Assembly: GCA_038127595.1 (NCBI GenBank)
Contig: JAYPIC010000046.1
Location: 454-12,474 of the forward strand
DNA from: a bacterium
Lineage (GTDB): Bacteria; Fidelibacterota; Marinisomatia; Marinisomatales; UBA1611
Direction: 5' to 3'
DNA: 12,021 nucleotides
The position numbers were made by a program, and so were the translations under genes. Of this stretch, positions 7,474-12,021 are shown piece by piece. Numbering within the stretch: position 1 is the stretch's first letter; every line of letters begins with the position of its first letter. Below the pieces are notes generated by a model. It was not told the origin of the DNA. It saw nothing but the letters and a program-made list of their open reading frames with translations, and searched no databases.

Positions 7474-8394
7474 TTAATTTTTATGTTGGGTAAAAAAGAA
7501 ATCAGCCGGGTTCTTTGGAGTACCTTTATAGTGCACTTCATAGTGCAAATGTGGTGCAGTAGACCTGCCAGTGTTACCTGTTTCACCAATTACATCGCCT
7601 CTTTTTACTTTTTGCCCATGCCGAACAAATATCTTAGATAGATGAGCAAAAGTAGTAGAGTAACCTGAGGCATGATTTAATTTTATATGGTTGCCAAAGC
7701 CTCCAATATAATAAGCTCTTTTTACTACACCATCTGCAGGAGCAAATATTGGTGTGCCTGTTGGAACTGAAAAATCTTGTCCTTGATGAAATCTGCGCAC
7801 AGCATCAATGGGATCTTGCCGATACCCAAAACTAGAATTTAAATATCCTCCGGAAACCGGCCTAATTGATGGTATATGCCTTATTCGATCTATATCACTT
7901 TTCACCTTTTCATATATAGTCTCATAACTAGCTAATTCAAAGTTAACCTGCCTTGACAATTTTTCAATATCCAGTTGTAGTTCTGAAATTTCTTTACTAA
8001 CTGCTGGAGCTAAGTTATTTAAAATTTTATTATCTCTAAAATCAACACCACCAACTCCAAGTTTTTTGATATCAATGTCAACATCTGGCATACCTGCATA
8101 GGCTCGGACTGCTTTGTCTTTTTGCTCAATATCTAAAATTTGATTATCAAGTTCTCTAAGCCTACTTTGAATACCTTCTATATTGCTAGTTACGGCATTA
8201 TAATTTGCCTTAAACTCTTTTAATCTTTTATCATATAGGGTTTTACTAGCGTAATCAGCGCCTATTAATAAAAAAGAACATAACACGATCAGAGATACAC
8301 TAATCAATCCAATTATTTGGGCATTAGAGAAATGTAGCTGGTTTACTGTATCTTCTGATTCAGAGTGAAGTATGTATTTTTTATTCCAAGACAT
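7474..8394 (-). CDS. M23 family peptidoglycan metalloendopeptidase with N-terminal TM helix and coiled coil
   Basis: Zn ligands HQGQD (HxxxD) and HLH intact; SSFGYRQDP and GNTGRSTAPHLHYEV motifs. Confidence 0.93.
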   Translation of the reverse strand: MSWNKKYILHSESEDTVNQLHFSNAQIIGLISVSLIVLCSFLLIGADYASKTLYDKRLKEFKANYNAVTSNIEGIQSRLRELDNQILDIEQKDKAVRAYAGMPDVDIDIKKLGVGGVDFRDNKILNNLAPAVSKEISELQLDIEKLSRQVNFELASYETIYEKVKSDIDRIRHIPSIRPVSGGYLNSSFGYRQDPIDAVRRFHQGQDFSVPTGTPIFAPADGVVKRAYYIGGFGNHIKLNHASGYSTTFAHLSKIFVRHGQKVKRGDVIGETGNTGRSTAPHLHYEVHYKGTPKNPADFFFTQHKN

Positions 8395-8474
8395 ATAACA
8401 ATGTGCGTATTTTAATATTTAAACAAAATTCGATAATATTACACAAATTAATAGTTACTAAACAAACCTTAATT

Positions 8475-8879
8475 TCATTCTTCTTCTTCATTAGAAATTA
8501 TGCCAGTAGATTGATAATTCTCTTCAAAATCGCTATCATCTATTCCATATTCCTTCTTGATAGTAATAATTTCTTCATCTTTTTCAGAAATTTCGATTGA
8601 ATATTTATTTATTTTTTCTATTAAACTAAAGTACTCAACATCTCCTGTGAAATTCGAGACATTGCTTTCATTTGTTTTTTTAAAAACTAATCCACCTAAT
8701 TTTTCATATACTTTATTCTTTTCCTTTTGTAGCTGAAGAATGTCAAATTTTAATTTTGAAATCTTTGTGAACTCTTCCCCTTTTGCAACAGCCACTCTAC
8801 TTATTTCTTCAGCTTTCTCAACAGCAGACACACCCCATTCTTTCATATTATCTTTTAAGTCATCCCAAAGCTTATTCAT
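8475..8879 (-). CDS. Hypothetical helical/coiled-coil protein with an acidic C-terminal tail
   Basis: 134-aa ORF fills the gap between serA and the M23 gene. SD-like AAGGA 6 nt upstream. Amphipathic helical pattern. Confidence 0.85.
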   Translation of the reverse strand: MNKLWDDLKDNMKEWGVSAVEKAEEISRVAVAKGEEFTKISKLKFDILQLQKEKNKVYEKLGGLVFKKTNESNVSNFTGDVEYFSLIEKINKYSIEISEKDEEIITIKKEYGIDDSDFEENYQSTGIISNEEEE

Positions 8880-8885
8880 TTTTTT

Positions 8886-8890
8886 TCCTT
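8886..8890 (-). promoter_or_regulatory. Shine-Dalgarno-like AAGGA for the 134-aa gene
   Basis: AAGGA 6 nt before the ATG at 8879. Confidence 0.55.
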
Positions 8891-8952
8891 AAACATTTAT
8901 AAAAATTAAAACTTACAAAAAATAAAGAGAAATAATTTATTTTCTAAGTCTT

Positions 8953-10530
8953 CTATGAATTTATCTGAATTTGATTTACAAATTTTAATTCTTCTACATC
9001 TTTAAGTTCACCAATTAGCTTCTCATCTATTGGACTATCAAGTCTTATAACTGCAAATGCTAGCTTTTCTTTAGAGTGCTGACTCAGTAAGTAAGCCCCG
9101 ATGTTTATTTTATTTTTACCGAGAATAGTTCCTACTTTACCCACAACACCAGGCACATCGTCATTTTGAATAAAAAGCAACGTGCCCTTTAAATTCACTT
9201 CCATCTTATAACCCATAAGATTTACTAATCTAGGAAGGTCATCATTAAAAACACTTCCTTCAAAAATAATATCATTTTTTGCCACAACTCTTGCGGAAAT
9301 TAAGTTAGAATAATTTGAATCTGACGTTAAGTAATGAATAGACAGCTCAATTCCAAGTTCTTTAGCAATTGTCTCAGCATTAATAAAATTAACTCTTTCA
9401 GGTACTCTATTTTGCAAAAGGCTTCTTAGAAATGACAATGATATCGGTTTAATTTGGTCTAGTGTACCATAGCAATTGATTTCAACACTCCTTATTGGTC
9501 CCTCTGAAATATTACGATGAATAATACCTAGGTTGTCAGCGAGATCAAGGAACGACGAAATACCTTTGAGTTCAGAAGAGTCCTGTAAAGGAAAATTCAC
9601 AGCATTTTCAAGATCTTCATTAATTAAATAATTTTTTATTTGATTACAAATCGCTGTACTTACCCCAGCTTTTGCCTCCTTTGTTGAGCCACCAAGATGT
9701 GGCGTTAAAATTAAATTAGGAGCATTAAGCAAAGGATTGGTTGATTCAATGGGCTCATTTTCAAATACGTCTAAAGCAGCTCCGCCGATATTACCCTCAT
9801 GAAGTACTTTCGCCAAATCAGATTCATTAATAATACCACCTCTTGCAACATTGATAATCCTAGCTTCTTTTTTCATTTTGTTAAACATTTTATAATCAAA
9901 TAGATTTTTTGTGTCCTTGGTTAATGGTATGTGTATAGTAATGAAGTCAGACTTTTCAACCAACTCATGCAAATCAAGTAGTTCTATTTCATCTGATCTA
10001 AACATCCCTTCTTTAATAAATGGGTCAAAACCCAAAATTTTCATATTAAAGCCTAGTGCCCTTTGCATTACTTCCCGTCCAATTTTGCCCAGTCCAATTA
10101 TGCCAAGAGATTTAGCCCTTAGTTCAGATCCAATAAATTTATGCCGGTCCCAATTCCCGCTTAAAATTGAATGGTGTCCATAACTAACATTTCTCGATAA
10201 AGATAATAATAAGGCCATCGTATGTTCCGCTGCACTTATTGTATTTGCATCTGGAGTATTCATCACAACAACGCCTTTTCTAGTGGCAGCAGAAATATCT
10301 ATATTATCAACACCAACTCCAGCTCTTCCAATGACAGCCAATTTATCAGCTTTATTGATTATACTTGCATCAAGTGTTGTACCACTTCTAATTACCCAAG
10401 CATTTGCCGTTGGTATATGTTCGTAATTTTCATCAATGGTGGAATTAGTAGCATCAACCACATCAATATTATTATCATAAAATATTTTTAAACCATCATC
10501 AGATATAGGATCTGAAACAATCACCTTCAT
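8953..10530 (-). CDS. serA: D-3-phosphoglycerate dehydrogenase, type I (ASB + ACT domains)
   Basis: IGRAGVGVDNID, NTISAAEHT, GLGKIG, NVARGG, TPHLGGST and ACT motif NDDVPGVVGKVGTILGKNKINI; 525 aa. Confidence 0.96.
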   Translation of the reverse strand: MKVIVSDPISDDGLKIFYDNNIDVVDATNSTIDENYEHIPTANAWVIRSGTTLDASIINKADKLAVIGRAGVGVDNIDISAATRKGVVVMNTPDANTISAAEHTMALLLSLSRNVSYGHHSILSGNWDRHKFIGSELRAKSLGIIGLGKIGREVMQRALGFNMKILGFDPFIKEGMFRSDEIELLDLHELVEKSDFITIHIPLTKDTKNLFDYKMFNKMKKEARIINVARGGIINESDLAKVLHEGNIGGAALDVFENEPIESTNPLLNAPNLILTPHLGGSTKEAKAGVSTAICNQIKNYLINEDLENAVNFPLQDSSELKGISSFLDLADNLGIIHRNISEGPIRSVEINCYGTLDQIKPISLSFLRSLLQNRVPERVNFINAETIAKELGIELSIHYLTSDSNYSNLISARVVAKNDIIFEGSVFNDDLPRLVNLMGYKMEVNLKGTLLFIQNDDVPGVVGKVGTILGKNKINIGAYLLSQHSKEKLAFAVIRLDSPIDEKLIGELKDVEELKFVNQIQINS

Positions 10531-10537
10531 TTATAAT

Positions 10538-10542
10538 TCCTT
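10538..10542 (-). promoter_or_regulatory. Shine-Dalgarno-like AAGGA for serA
   Basis: AAGGA 7 nt before the ATG at 10530. Confidence 0.55.
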
Positions 10543-10556
10543 TTATAAAAATAAAA

Positions 10557-12021
10557 CTATTGGGATATACGAATTAAGTTTAAAGCAGAGCCCGCTTTAA
10601 ACCACTCAATTTGTGCTTCATTAAAGGTATGATCACATTCAATACTTTCAGATGAACTGTCGATATGAATCAGTTCTAATACCAGTCTACGCCCAACACT
10701 GAATCTATCTAAATCAATAAGATTAAAAGTGTCATCTTCTCTTATTTTATCATAATCACTCTTATCTTTAAATGTCAAAGCAAGCACTCCCTGTTTTTTT
10801 AAATTTGTTTCATGGATTCTAGCGAATGATTTTACTAAAACCACCGCCACCCCAAGGTGCCTTGGTTCCATAGCAGCATGCTCTCTGGAGGAGCCCTCTC
10901 CATAATTTTCATCTCCAACAACTATTGATTTAATTCCAGCCGATTTGTAATGCCTAGCTACTAATGGAACTTCTTCATATTTTTCATTTATTTGATTTTT
11001 AATTGAGTTTATTTGGCCGTTAAAAAAATTTGTTGCACCTGTGAGAAGGTTATTTGAAATATTATCTAGGTGCCCTCTGTAAAAGAGCCAAGGCCCGGCC
11101 ATAGAAATGTGGTCTGTGGTGCATTTACCTTTTGCTTTAATCAATAATTTCATTTCCAAAAAGTTTTTGCCATCCCATTTTGCAAAAGGTTCAAGAAGCT
11201 GAAGCCGTTTAGAATCTTTACTGATTTCAATTTTAATATTTTCAGAAACAAAGTCAGATGGATCTAAAAATCCATTATCTTCAACGTCAAAACCTTTGAC
11301 AGGTAGTTCTGTTCCATCAGGCTCATTTAGAAAGACTTCTTCACCATTATCATTAATAATACCATCTTTTAATGGGTTGAATTCTAGACTTCCCGCAATA
11401 GACATGGCAGTCACAATCTCGGGGGACGCCACGAAACCATGAGTATTTGGGTTTCCATCAGCACGTTTTGCAAAGTTGCGATTAAATGAAGTGATTATTG
11501 AATTCTTTTCATTTTTGTCTGCTCCATCCCTGTCCCATTGACCTATACACGGACCACAAGCGTTTGCTAATACAGTACCACCAATCTTAATAAAATCATT
11601 TAAGATTCCATCTCTTTCTACGGTAAATCGGACCTGCTCCGATCCAGGGGTAATAGTAAAGTCAGATTTAACAGTAATATTTTTATCACTAGCCTGCTTT
11701 GCGATTGAAGCTGCTCTAGACAAATCCTCGTAAGAAGAATTAGTGCATGACCCTATTAAACCCACATCTAACTTAAGAGGCCAATTTTCTCTCCTCGCTT
11801 TTTCTCCAAGTTCAGAAATTGGAGTTGCTAAATCAGGTGTAAAAGGTCCATTGACATGAGGCTCTAGCAAACTAAGATCAATTTCAATTACATCATCATA
11901 AAATTTTTCAGGTTTATCATAAACTTCTAAATCTGCTTCTAAATAAGGTAAAATAGTATCTGCTAAAACAGCTAAATCTTCCCTAGATGTAGCATTAAGG
12001 TATTTAGACATGCTGCTATCA
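10557..12021 (-). CDS. acn: Aconitate hydratase, mitochondrial-type; partial (N-terminus outside the window)
   Basis: [4Fe-4S] ligands in [12 protein letters not shown] and [11 protein letters not shown]; also [15 protein letters not shown] and [12 protein letters not shown]. The frame stays open upstream of the ATG at 12011 (GAT AGC AGC ATG), so that Met is internal. Confidence 0.95.
   Translation of the reverse strand, partial: DSSMSKYLNATSREDLAVLADTILPYLEADLEVYDKPEKFYDDVIEIDLSLLEPHVNGPFTPDLATPISELGEKARRENWPLKLDVGLIGSCTNSSYEDLSRAASIAKQASDKNITVKSDFTITPGSEQVRFTVERDGILNDFIKIGGTVLANACGPCIGQWDRDGADKNEKNSIITSFNRNFAKRADGNPNTHGFVASPEIVTAMSIAGSLEFNPLKDGIINDNGEEVFLNEPDGTELPVKGFDVEDNGFLDPSDFVSENIKIEISKDSKRLQLLEPFAKWDGKNFLEMKLLIKAKGKCTTDHISMAGPWLFYRGHLDNISNNLLTGATNFFNGQINSIKNQINEKYEEVPLVARHYKSAGIKSIVVGDENYGEGSSREHAAMEPRHLGVAVVLVKSFARIHETNLKKQGVLALTFKDKSDYDKIREDDTFNLIDLDRFSVGRRLVLELIHIDSSSESIECDHTFNEAQIEWFKAGSALNLIRISQ

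Noticed and set aside
1411..8477. UGA reassignment or selenocysteine readthrough at TGA stops (1411, 1995, 3994, 5806, 8475)
   Set aside because: Each TGA falls at a natural protein end, two take part in start/stop overlaps, and I see no SECIS-like hairpin after them. Trp is TGG where checked, and no conserved Cys is replaced by TGA.
354..10491. All plus-strand ORFs in the track (354, 1693, 1888, 3018, 6466, 8403, 9911, 10222)
   Set aside because: They are short, carry no recognisable motifs and lie mostly or wholly antisense to well-supported genes, so they are shadow ORFs.
12009..12011. ATG at 12011 as the aconitase start
   Set aside because: The frame is open to the window edge and the N-terminal aconitase region is missing.

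Overview
A 12 kb AT-rich bacterial window in which every credible gene lies on the minus strand, many overlapping or a few bases apart. In transcription order (right to left): mitochondrial-type aconitase (5' end cut off), serA, a small helical hypothetical protein, an M23 peptidase, miaB, lapA, a lapB-like TPR protein, a TPR+SPOR protein, a UDP-uronate 4-epimerase, a WbpB-like oxidoreductase, a WbpD-like N-acetyltransferase, a UCA-anticodon tRNA (tRNA-Sec/selC), a ~290-nt spacer of about 13% GC, and a KpsD/Wza-like SLBB polysaccharide export gene (3' end cut off). The tRNA and the export gene are both absent from the ORF track. A low-GC FCB-group organism such as Marinimicrobia is a plausible source, but that is inference only. 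I see no CRISPR array, mobile element or clearly new system. The items most worth checking are the irregular fold and location of the tRNA-Sec, a LapB with no rubredoxin domain, and inverted repeats in the spacer.
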